Positions 16,370-24,112 of a stretch of 24,112 nt of DNA are shown here, piece by piece; position 1 is the first letter of the stretch; every line of letters begins with the position of its first letter. The notes under the pieces are model-generated. The model searched no databases, was not told where the DNA came from, and saw only the letters and a program-made list of their open reading frames with translations. This DNA comes from an uncultured Muribaculaceae bacterium (lineage in GTDB: Bacteria > Bacillota_I > Bacilli_A > RF39 > UBA660): NCBI GenBank assembly GCA_964368665.1, contig CAYJCL010000001.1, forward strand, positions 1 to 24,112. The letters run 5' to 3'. Made by a program: the position numbers and the translations under genes.

Positions 16370-18703
16370 TTATTTTTTTGTCCATTTGAAATTATTAACT
16401 TCAGGAATATCATCTCCAAAAGTAGTTATATATTCATTATGTTTTTTAAGTAAACTATCCATATAATTTACTAACTCATTATTATTATTAAGTCTTGGTA
16501 CAGCCTTAATAATACTCTTAACTAAATTAAATCTATCTATTTTATTTAATACTCTCATATCAAAAGGAGTAGTGATTCGTCCTTCTTCATGATAAGCATG
16601 GAAACTAATATTCTTATTGTCCCTATTATATAATAAACTCTTAAGTAGTCCTTCATATCCATGAAAAGCAAATACTATAGGTTTATCCTTAGTAAATAAA
16701 GAATTAAACTCATGATCACTCAGTCCACTAGGATGACTATTTCTATCACTTAATTTAAATAAATTAACTACATTAATAAATCTAATCTTAATATCAGTAT
16801 TTCTTCTTAAAATATCCTCAGCAGCCATCATCTCTAAAGTAGGTGCATCTCCACAACAAGCAAGTATTACATCAGGTTCACCATATTGATCATTACTAGC
16901 AAAATCCCAAATACTAACACCACGCTTAACATGTACTAAAGCCTCATGAATATTTAACCATTGAGGTCTATTCTTCTTAGAGGCAACAATCGCATTAATA
17001 CAATGTTTACTCTTATAACAAGTCTCCATAACAGCTAATAAAGTATTAGTATCAGCAGGTAAGTAAGCATTAACAAATGCACCTTTCTTATCTGCTAAAT
17101 GTCCAAGTAAACCAGGATCTTGATGAGTATATCCATTATGGTCTTGTTGCCATATATGACTAGTTAATAAAATATTTAAAGAACTTACTGGTTCTCTCCA
17201 AGGTAATTCACTAGTCATCTTAAGCCATTTAGCATGCTGAGTAATCATTGAATCAACAACTCTAGCAAAAGCCTCATAACTAGACCACATACCATGTCTA
17301 CCAGTTAATATGTAAGATTCTAACCAACCTTCACATAAATGTTCACTAAGCATTGAATCCATTACACGTCCACCAGCAGCAACCCATTCATCATTAGGTC
17401 TAATATTTAAATTAAATACTCGATTAGTAGTATCAAATACTTTATCTAATCTATTACTCTTAGTTTCATCAGGACCAAATAATCTATAATTATCCGGATT
17501 CATCTTAATTACATCTCTTAAATAAATACCAAGTACTCTAGTATCTTCACTCATCGTTTCACCAGGTACTACTTTTAAAGCATAATTATTTAAATCAGGT
17601 AATTGTAAATCATTTCTAATAAGACCACCATTAGTATGAGGAGAACTTCCCATCCTCTTAGCTCCCTTAGGAATAAATAATCTATACTCATCCTTTAAAG
17701 AACCATTACGATTAAATAATTCATGAGGTCTATAACTTCTTAACCAACGTTCTAATAACTCTAAATGATTTTCACCCTTCATAGATAAAGGAACTTGATG
17801 AGCTCTAAAAGAATCCTCAATATTAACTCCATCTACTTCCTTAGGACCAGTCCATCCCTTAGGAGTTCTTAAAACAATCATCGGCCATTTTTGATCACAT
17901 CTACGTCCATTACGTACTTGATCTTGAATATATTTAATTTCCTCAATAGCTTGATCCATAGTTCTAGCCATTGATTCATGCATTTCTTCTTGATTATCAC
18001 CACTTACAAAATAAGGCTGCCATCCAGATCCATAAAAATAAGCCTTTAACTCATCATTAGGAATTCTCGATAAAACAGTAGGGTTACTAATCTTATATCC
18101 ATTTAAATGTAAAATAGGTAACACAGCACCATCAGTAATCGGATTAATAAACTTATTAGTCATCCAAGAAGTTGCTAAAGGACCAGTTTCTGCCTCACCA
18201 TCACCAACTACACAAGCAGCAATTAGATTAGGATTATCTAAGATAGCACCACAAGCATGAGCTAATGAATAACCAAGTTCTCCACCTTCATGAATACTAC
18301 CAGGTACATCAGGAGCTACATGAGAATTAATTCCTCCAGGAAAAGAAAACTGCTTAAATAACTTCTTCATTCCATTAACATCTTCACTAATAGAAGGGTA
18401 TACTTCACTATAAGTACCTTCTAAATAAACATTACTTACTATCGAGTTTCCACCATGACCAGGACCACTTAAATAAATCATATCCAAATTATACTTAGAT
18501 ATAACTCTATTACAGTGAGTATATATAAAGTTTTGACCAGGACAAGTTCCCCAGTGACCAACTATATTCTTCTTAACATCATTTATATTTAAAGGTCTCT
18601 CTAGTAATGGATTATCTGCTAAATATAACTGACCAACAGTTAAATAATTAACAGCTCTAAAATATCCATCTAATACCTTTAATTCATCTTTACTTATAGC
18701 CAT
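16370..18703 (-). CDS. xfp: Xylulose-5-phosphate/fructose-6-phosphate phosphoketolase
   Basis: GHWGTCPG, GPGHG, EGGELGY, GDGEAETGPLA, LSEHLCEGWLE and QDHNGYTHQDPG motifs. Confidence 0.97.
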   Translation of the reverse strand: MAISKDELKVLDGYFRAVNYLTVGQLYLADNPLLERPLNINDVKKNIVGHWGTCPGQNFIYTHCNRVISKYNLDMIYLSGPGHGGNSIVSNVYLEGTYSEVYPSISEDVNGMKKLFKQFSFPGGINSHVAPDVPGSIHEGGELGYSLAHACGAILDNPNLIAACVVGDGEAETGPLATSWMTNKFINPITDGAVLPILHLNGYKISNPTVLSRIPNDELKAYFYGSGWQPYFVSGDNQEEMHESMARTMDQAIEEIKYIQDQVRNGRRCDQKWPMIVLRTPKGWTGPKEVDGVNIEDSFRAHQVPLSMKGENHLELLERWLRSYRPHELFNRNGSLKDEYRLFIPKGAKRMGSSPHTNGGLIRNDLQLPDLNNYALKVVPGETMSEDTRVLGIYLRDVIKMNPDNYRLFGPDETKSNRLDKVFDTTNRVFNLNIRPNDEWVAAGGRVMDSMLSEHLCEGWLESYILTGRHGMWSSYEAFARVVDSMITQHAKWLKMTSELPWREPVSSLNILLTSHIWQQDHNGYTHQDPGLLGHLADKKGAFVNAYLPADTNTLLAVMETCYKSKHCINAIVASKKNRPQWLNIHEALVHVKRGVSIWDFASNDQYGEPDVILACCGDAPTLEMMAAEDILRRNTDIKIRFINVVNLFKLSDRNSHPSGLSDHEFNSLFTKDKPIVFAFHGYEGLLKSLLYNRDNKNISFHAYHEEGRITTPFDMRVLNKIDRFNLVKSIIKAVPRLNNNNELVNYMDSLLKKHNEYITTFGDDIPEVNNFKWTKK

Positions 18704-18767
18704 AATAAAACCTCTTCTATTCTTATATCTATTTTACTACAAAACAATAAAAAATTAAATAATTTTA

Positions 18768-18796
18768 TTGACAAAACAACAAAAAAGTTTTAAAAT
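18768..18796 (+). promoter_or_regulatory. Sigma-A promoter of the Fur/PerR-rubrerythrin operon
   Basis: TTGACA (18768-18773), 17 bp spacer, TAAAAT (18791-18796). Confidence 0.8.
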
Positions 18797-18807
18797 AAAT
18801 TTATAAG

Positions 18808-18822
18808 TAGTAATGATTACTA
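18808..18822. promoter_or_regulatory. Fur/PerR-type 7-1-7 operator
   Basis: Perfect inverted repeat TAGTAAT-G-ATTACTA between the -10 and the RBS of a Fur-family gene. Confidence 0.75.
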
Positions 18823-18836
18823 TTTAGAGGTGATTT

Positions 18837-19223
18837 ATGAGATATTCTAAACAGAGGGAGAGTGTACTTAAAGTAGTAAATAATAGTTATGACCATCCTA
18901 ATGCTGAAACAATTTATAAAAGGGTAAAAGAAATAATACCAAATATCAGCTTAGGAACAGTTTATCGAAATCTTAACTCTCTAGTACTTGATAATCAAAT
19001 CAGGATTATCAAAGGACTAGATAATAAAGATAGATATGATAAAACACTACACGATCATGGACATACACTATGTACTAAGTGCAACACAATAACTGATTTA
19101 ACAGAAGATGAAATAATTTCTTTAAAAAATAAACTAAAAAAAGAAGGATTTCAAATACAGAACTATAATATTATAATTAATGGGTTATGTCATAAATGTC
19201 ACACAAAAGAAAGAGGAATATAA
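18837..19223 (+). CDS. perR: Fur-family transcriptional repressor (PerR-like)
   Basis: [21 protein letters not shown]...HGH, CTKC and CHKC motifs. The PerR subtype is inferred from the adjacent rubrerythrin. Confidence 0.85.
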   Translation: MRYSKQRESVLKVVNNSYDHPNAETIYKRVKEIIPNISLGTVYRNLNSLVLDNQIRIIKGLDNKDRYDKTLHDHGHTLCTKCNTITDLTEDEIISLKNKLKKEGFQIQNYNIIINGLCHKCHTKERGI

Positions 19224-19762
19224 TGGAACTTAAAGGAAGTAAAACTGAAGCAAACTTAATGAGTGCATTTGCAGGAGAATCACAAGCAAGAAATAAATAT
19301 ACTTATTATGCATCTCAAGCAAAGAAAGATGGATTTGAAAAAATAGCAGCTATTTTTGAAGAAACTGCTAATAATGAAAAAGAACATGCAAAACTATGGT
19401 TTAAAGAATTACACGGAGGTAAAGTACCAACAACAGAAGAAAACTTAAAAGATGCAGCAAACGGTGAAAACTATGAATGGACTGATATGTATGCAGAATT
19501 CGCAGAAACTGCTAAAGAAGAAGGATTCACAAGAATTGCTAAATTATTTGAAGGTGTAGCAAAAATTGAAAAACATCATGAAGAAAGATACTTAGAATTA
19601 CTAAATAATGTAGAAAATGATACTACATTTAAAAAAGAAGAAGAAGTAATGTGGATCTGCCGTAACTGTGGACATATTCATGCTGCTAAAGAAGCTCCAA
19701 AAATGTGTCCTGTTTGTGCACACGAACAAAAACATTTTGAGATTCTTTCAGAAAACTATTAA
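19223..19762 (+). CDS. rbr: Rubrerythrin
   Basis: [37 protein letters not shown] and CPVC motifs. Start at 19223 (TAATG overlap, RBS AGAGG). Confidence 0.95.
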   Translation: MELKGSKTEANLMSAFAGESQARNKYTYYASQAKKDGFEKIAAIFEETANNEKEHAKLWFKELHGGKVPTTEENLKDAANGENYEWTDMYAEFAETAKEEGFTRIAKLFEGVAKIEKHHEERYLELLNNVENDTTFKKEEEVMWICRNCGHIHAAKEAPKMCPVCAHEQKHFEILSENY

Positions 19763-19767
19763 TAACT

Positions 19768-19792
19768 AAAACTCCTCCTAGAAGGAGTTTTT
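19768..19792 (+). terminator. Intrinsic terminator whose 3' arm is the RBS of the helicase gene
   Basis: AAAACTCCT (19768-19776) pairs with AGGAGTTTT (19783-19791). ATG at 19793. Confidence 0.75.
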
Positions 19793-21112
19793 ATGTGCAA
19801 AGATATATTTATAGTTAATGGATATCCATTAGACGAAGAACAAAAACAAGTTGTATTAGATGAATCAGACCAACTACTAGTCAATGCCGGAGCAGGCTCC
19901 GGCAAAACCCTAACAATGATTGGTAAAATAAGATATCTAATTGAAATTAAAAAAATTAAAAAAGAAGAAATACTATGCATATCATTTACTAATGAAGCAG
20001 TTAAAAGTCTTAAAGAAAAACTACTTATTAATTATAACTATGATTTAGAAGTTTATACCTTTCATAAACTAGCATTAACTATTATTGAGAGTCATCAAGA
20101 AATAAATATCATCGATGAATACTTACTAGATGAAATAATCAACAATTATCAAGATAAACTATTAATAAAAACATTTATTAATTTATATAAATCTCAACAT
20201 AAAGATAAAGAGTATTTTAAATATTTATTTAAACATAATTATAGTTATAAAAACCATCAATTACTTAAAACAATCTATAAAATATATTATCAGTACCAAC
20301 AAGAATTAAATAATTCCCTAGATTTCAATGAAATGATCCATCTAGCAACAAATCTAGTATCAAAAACAAAACTTAATTATAAATATATAATTATTGATGA
20401 GTATCAAGATACATCTCAAGCAAGATTTAATCTTATCAATGAAATAGTAAAATATACTAACTCAAAACTAGTAGTAGTAGGTGATGACTTCCAATCCATC
20501 TACAGATTTACCGGGTGTGACTTATCATTATTTTTAGATTTCAAAAAATACTATCCAAATAGTAAAACACTAAGTATTACTAATACATATAGAAATTCAC
20601 AAGAACTTATTAATGTAGCAGGTTCATTCGTAATGAAAAATAAATACCAAATAAAAAAACAACTAAAATCAAATAAAACAATTAACAAACCAATCAAGAT
20701 AATATATACAAAAGATGAAACAAAATCATTAAAAAAACTTCTAGAAATAAACAAGAACCAAGAAGTAATGATCATTGGTAGAAATAATAATGACTTAAAT
20801 ATAAAACTAAATAATAATCATAAATACTTAACTGCACATAAATCAAAAGGATTAGAATCAGATATAACCATTCTTATAAACTTAACTAATAAAAATAATG
20901 GGTTTCCAAATCAAATGAATTATCATCCATTAATTAATAAACTACTTATAAAAGCCCAATATAAATTTGATGAAGAGAGAAGATTATTTTATGTAGCACT
21001 CACAAGAACCAAATCAATAGCATATATAATAGTAAATAAAACAAATCAAAGTATCTTCATCAAAGAAATATTAAAAAATTATAAAAAATATATTGAAATT
21101 ATTAGAATATAA
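19793..21112 (+). CDS. Compact UvrD/REP-family (helicase IV-like) SF1A helicase
   Basis: AGAGSGKT, FTNEA, TFHKL, IDEYQD, VGDDFQSIYRF, TYR, TAHKSKGLE and EERRLFYVALTR motifs. Confidence 0.9.
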   Translation: MCKDIFIVNGYPLDEEQKQVVLDESDQLLVNAGAGSGKTLTMIGKIRYLIEIKKIKKEEILCISFTNEAVKSLKEKLLINYNYDLEVYTFHKLALTIIESHQEINIIDEYLLDEIINNYQDKLLIKTFINLYKSQHKDKEYFKYLFKHNYSYKNHQLLKTIYKIYYQYQQELNNSLDFNEMIHLATNLVSKTKLNYKYIIIDEYQDTSQARFNLINEIVKYTNSKLVVVGDDFQSIYRFTGCDLSLFLDFKKYYPNSKTLSITNTYRNSQELINVAGSFVMKNKYQIKKQLKSNKTINKPIKIIYTKDETKSLKKLLEINKNQEVMIIGRNNNDLNIKLNNNHKYLTAHKSKGLESDITILINLTNKNNGFPNQMNYHPLINKLLIKAQYKFDEERRLFYVALTRTKSIAYIIVNKTNQSIFIKEILKNYKKYIEIIRI

Positions 21113-21142
21113 TTCTATAATGTAATCATAGAGGTGAGTGTC

Positions 21143-22024
21143 ATGAAGTACGACCAAGTTATTAAAAAAATCTTTAAAGGTTTTAACTTGGATCTCACCA
21201 TGCGTTGTAATGATATAGAAACTAATCTTAAAAACATTTTACCAATTCATAAATATAAGATATTAAGTTACTTATCAAATAATACTAATATCGATGAAGA
21301 CACATTTATATTATTAAATGATCAAATAGAATGTTTAATAAAATGCTATCTAAAAAATGTTTTATCATTAAATGACTTCTTTAGATATATTTATATCGAA
21401 ATGTTATCAAGAGGCAATGATTTAACACAAGATAAATTTCACAGATGTAGTAGTATAGTTGAATTCCTAATAGAATTAATTAAACCAGAAAACATTGTAG
21501 AAATACATGACAAAGTGGATTTCACTGCATGTTACCAAAAAGTATCTAATTTAGTTTCAATAGTTGATGGAATCAACATTGAAGAATTCAATAATGATAT
21601 AATTGCTAACTGCAATAAAGATTTAGAAAGAATCACTGATTTCTATAACTTCTATCCAGAAATGTTATTTGATATAAGAGGGGATGTTATCTCAACCATC
21701 GTTACTGCTGATATCCTTGAAGTAGATACAACTAAAGAAGAAGATATTAATAAATTACTTCAATATATTGATCGAATAACAACTTTAAATTATATTCATA
21801 ATAATCCCTTTCATACAGAAGATCATATAGTAGCAATTGATATCTTATCAAAAGCTCAAATCCTACTATTACAGGCTAAAAGCCAAGGAACAATAAGTGA
21901 ACAAATCTATATAATGTATGAAGAAAAAATATTAAACTTTAATAACGAACCATTTACACCAGAAGAAGAACAACAAGTACAAAACTATAAACTAATTAGT
22001 AATAATGTCCCATCTTTAAAATAA
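21143..22024 (+). CDS. Hypothetical protein
   Basis: ORF of about 293 aa. RBS GAGGTG 6 nt before ATG 21143. No motif recognised. Confidence 0.7.
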   Translation: MKYDQVIKKIFKGFNLDLTMRCNDIETNLKNILPIHKYKILSYLSNNTNIDEDTFILLNDQIECLIKCYLKNVLSLNDFFRYIYIEMLSRGNDLTQDKFHRCSSIVEFLIELIKPENIVEIHDKVDFTACYQKVSNLVSIVDGINIEEFNNDIIANCNKDLERITDFYNFYPEMLFDIRGDVISTIVTADILEVDTTKEEDINKLLQYIDRITTLNYIHNNPFHTEDHIVAIDILSKAQILLLQAKSQGTISEQIYIMYEEKILNFNNEPFTPEEEQQVQNYKLISNNVPSLK

Positions 22025-22035
22025 ACTTTAAAGAG

Positions 22036-22869
22036 GTGATTATTATAATAACTATAGGACTTCCACAAGAATTTGCATATTATAAATATCATGAATTCTT
22101 CAAAGTCTTTTTTAGTGAACTAAATATTAATCTTATATCTACACCAATTAATGAAGAAATAAATCAATTAGGTCAAAAATATGTAGATGAAGATATATGT
22201 TCTCATCTATCTAACTATCTAGGAAGCATTGATTACTTAAAAAACATAACAGATTATATCTTAGTAATAACTATTGAAAATATAAACAGTAAAGAAACCA
22301 TATGCCCTATAATTAAAAACTTACTAAGTATCAGCAAAGATAACTTCAAAGATCTTAAAATATTACCATTCACTATAAATACAAAAAAGAAAAAAGACGA
22401 ATTAACTAATCTATTAAAAATAGGTCAAATACTAAAGCTAAAACATCACCAAATCATTAACGCCTATAAAAAAGCATCATACCATCTAGAAACACTTATT
22501 ACTCATCAAAAAAACAAACCATTGCCAGTTAATAAAACCCTCATTGCAGGAAACTTCTATTCAATAACTAATGATATAAAAAACTTAAATACCATTACAT
22601 CAGATATCATTGATTATCGTTATACTAATATCAATAATGATTTAATAAATATTAACGATACATTCATCAAAGAATACATCAAAAGTATCGATGAATACCT
22701 AGATAATATTCAAAATATTATCTTAATAAAAGAAGATAACTGTTGTATTAATTCTATAATCATAGAATTAATACAAGAAAAAATAACTAATAAAAATATA
22801 ATAATTTATAATCCGAAAAAAGATAATCTAGATGAACTAATAAGAGGTTTAAATGAAACCACTAATTAG
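22036..22869 (+). CDS. Divergent acyl-CoA dehydratase activase-related (DUF2229-like) protein
   Basis: IGLPQEFAYYKY...FFSEL...G..YVDEDIC...YLG.IDYL...DYIL...ICP follows the DUF2229 pattern with many substitutions. Start uncertain. Confidence 0.6.
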   Translation: MIIIITIGLPQEFAYYKYHEFFKVFFSELNINLISTPINEEINQLGQKYVDEDICSHLSNYLGSIDYLKNITDYILVITIENINSKETICPIIKNLLSISKDNFKDLKILPFTINTKKKKDELTNLLKIGQILKLKHHQIINAYKKASYHLETLITHQKNKPLPVNKTLIAGNFYSITNDIKNLNTITSDIIDYRYTNINNDLININDTFIKEYIKSIDEYLDNIQNIILIKEDNCCINSIIIELIQEKITNKNIIIYNPKKDNLDELIRGLNETTN

Positions 22870-23539
22870 TTCTTCAAATAATCAAAACACACCACTTATG
22901 TACTTATTTAAAAATACTACTAAAATAGACATGATAAATAATAATCATAATATTACAGTGCCCAAATCTATATCTAACATCCCTAATGATCTAATAAAAA
23001 TGTATTATAAGTATAAAAATGATCTAGACAATAATGCTACAGTATTAATAAATAATAATCCTAAATATAAAAGTAAAGAATACTTCGAGTTAATAACTAC
23101 TCAGTTAAAAAAAGAAGGCTATAAATTTAGTAGTATCAACATGGTAGAAGACAATAAAATAAGTCTTAAAACAATTATAAATACAATCCCTAAACTAAAT
23201 CCTAATATATCATTAATAAATCTTATCTTCTATATTTTAAAATTTCTAATATTATTAATTTTATTCACTATAAAAGGTATCGAATCAGTAAAAAGTCAAG
23301 AATATACCTTTAAAGAAATATTCACTAACTTATTAAAAACAAAACATATCAAAAAAACATCACTTATCATAAATCCTAATCACATAAATATCGATGAACT
23401 AATTCAAGATAAAGATAAATACCACATAGTAAATAAAATAAAACTAAAAGATCTTTCTAACTATCAAGATATAACTTATATCTATGAACTCTATAATCCA
23501 GAATACTACACAAACTATTTAAAAATAAAACTCCTTTGA
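22853..23539 (+). CDS. Highly divergent, shortened CoA-activase / 2-hydroxyacyl-CoA dehydratase-related partner
   Basis: PLMYLF, NNATVLI and YFELITTQLKKEGYKF resemble the usual partner of DUF2229 genes. No Cys. Overlaps the upstream gene. Confidence 0.4.
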   Translation: MKPLISSSNNQNTPLMYLFKNTTKIDMINNNHNITVPKSISNIPNDLIKMYYKYKNDLDNNATVLINNNPKYKSKEYFELITTQLKKEGYKFSSINMVEDNKISLKTIINTIPKLNPNISLINLIFYILKFLILLILFTIKGIESVKSQEYTFKEIFTNLLKTKHIKKTSLIINPNHINIDELIQDKDKYHIVNKIKLKDLSNYQDITYIYELYNPEYYTNYLKIKLL

Positions 23540-23575
23540 TATTGTATAATATATCTAGAATAGAAAAGGAGTTTT
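23527..23575 (+). promoter_or_regulatory. Inverted repeat enclosing a -10 box, with the RBS in its 3' arm
   Basis: AAAACTCCTTT (23527-23537), TATAAT (23545-23550), AAAGGAGTTTT (23565-23575). ATG at 23580. Confidence 0.6.
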
Positions 23576-23579
23576 TAAT

Positions 23580-24112
23580 ATGGGTTTATTTAAGAAAAAA
23601 AACAATCAACCAGTAGTAGAACCAAAAGAAAAAATCAAAGAACATATAACTATTACTACAACTGATGAAATTAATAAACTCGATGGAGTATTAAAAATTG
23701 CTGACTTAGAGGGCAGCAAAATAACTATGACATCATCAAAACTGCCTTATCAAATAGATGTAAATAAAAGAAAACAAGACTTCTTATTAAAAAAGAAAGA
23801 AATGAATGAGAAAAGAAATCCTCAATATAAAAAAATCAGAAGAGGTAGTACCTTCGGTGCAATTCTAGCAGTTGTACTAATTATTGGATTCATAGTACTT
23901 TACAACTACATTCAAAATATTGAAAGACCAGAAGATTATAAACTAAAAGATATCACCCTAGAACTAGGTGATAAACTACCACAAAATGTAAGTTATTACT
24001 TATTTAGAGAAAACATTGATGAACAAGAATATGCTCTTAACTTAACTACAGTCAAAGAATATAAAATAGGTACATATAATTACTACGTAGAAGCTTTTGG
24101 AGTTAAAAAATC
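23580..24112 (+). CDS. 3'-truncated single-pass membrane protein with a probable extracellular Ig-like domain (absent from the ORF track)
   Basis: Open from ATG 23580 (MGLFKKK) to the window end. TM GAILAVVLIIGFIVLYNY, then ITLELGDKLP...VKEYKIGTYNYYV. Confidence 0.75.
   Translation, partial: MGLFKKKNNQPVVEPKEKIKEHITITTTDEINKLDGVLKIADLEGSKITMTSSKLPYQIDVNKRKQDFLLKKKEMNEKRNPQYKKIRRGSTFGAILAVVLIIGFIVLYNYIQNIERPEDYKLKDITLELGDKLPQNVSYYLFRENIDEQEYALNLTTVKEYKIGTYNYYVEAFGVKK

Noticed and set aside
15487..19762. czcD, xfp and perR-rbr as part of the fibre system
   Set aside because: They are separated by a convergent terminator, are separately oriented transcription units, and are common housekeeping genes.
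470..20775. Short antisense or overlapping ORFs of 60-80 aa (e.g. 470-658, 1029-1241, 2310-2534, 2444-2638, 6359-6671, 9145-9354, 9881-10099, 10965-11201, 12685-12900, 13448-13657, 14718-14900, 15818-16006, 19759-19980, 20551-20775)
   Set aside because: They are shadows of well-supported genes on the opposite strand and have no recognisable motifs.
23527..23575. IS element end
   Set aside because: The downstream ORF is a membrane Ig-like protein, not a transposase, and no transposase or integrase occurs in the window.

Overview
AT-rich DNA from a low-GC Firmicute. It uses the standard code (TGA ends 12335..13453 and Trp is TGG), and gene style suggests an uncultured RF39-like Bacilli lineage (inference). 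Positions ~421-15483 hold a ~15 kb, mostly co-oriented locus that looks like an elaborate SipW-dependent (TasA/camelysin-type) surface-fibre system. It has three SipW-family genes: one lacking catalytic residues, one canonical, and one fused through an acidic linker to a degenerate EAL-like domain and split by a single in-frame TAA. It also has a membrane-anchored McrB-like AAA+ NTPase with a DUF2357/McrC-like partner showing no visible nuclease domain, six putative fibre subunits in two paralog families, and two unknown proteins. Spo0A-box-like motifs lie at two of its promoters. The rest is mostly housekeeping: a CDF transporter, phosphoketolase, a Fur/PerR regulator plus rubrerythrin with a 7-1-7 operator, a compact UvrD-like helicase, an eroded CoA-activase-related gene pair, and a partial membrane-anchored Ig-like protein. 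All family calls come from recognising motifs by eye; no searches were run.
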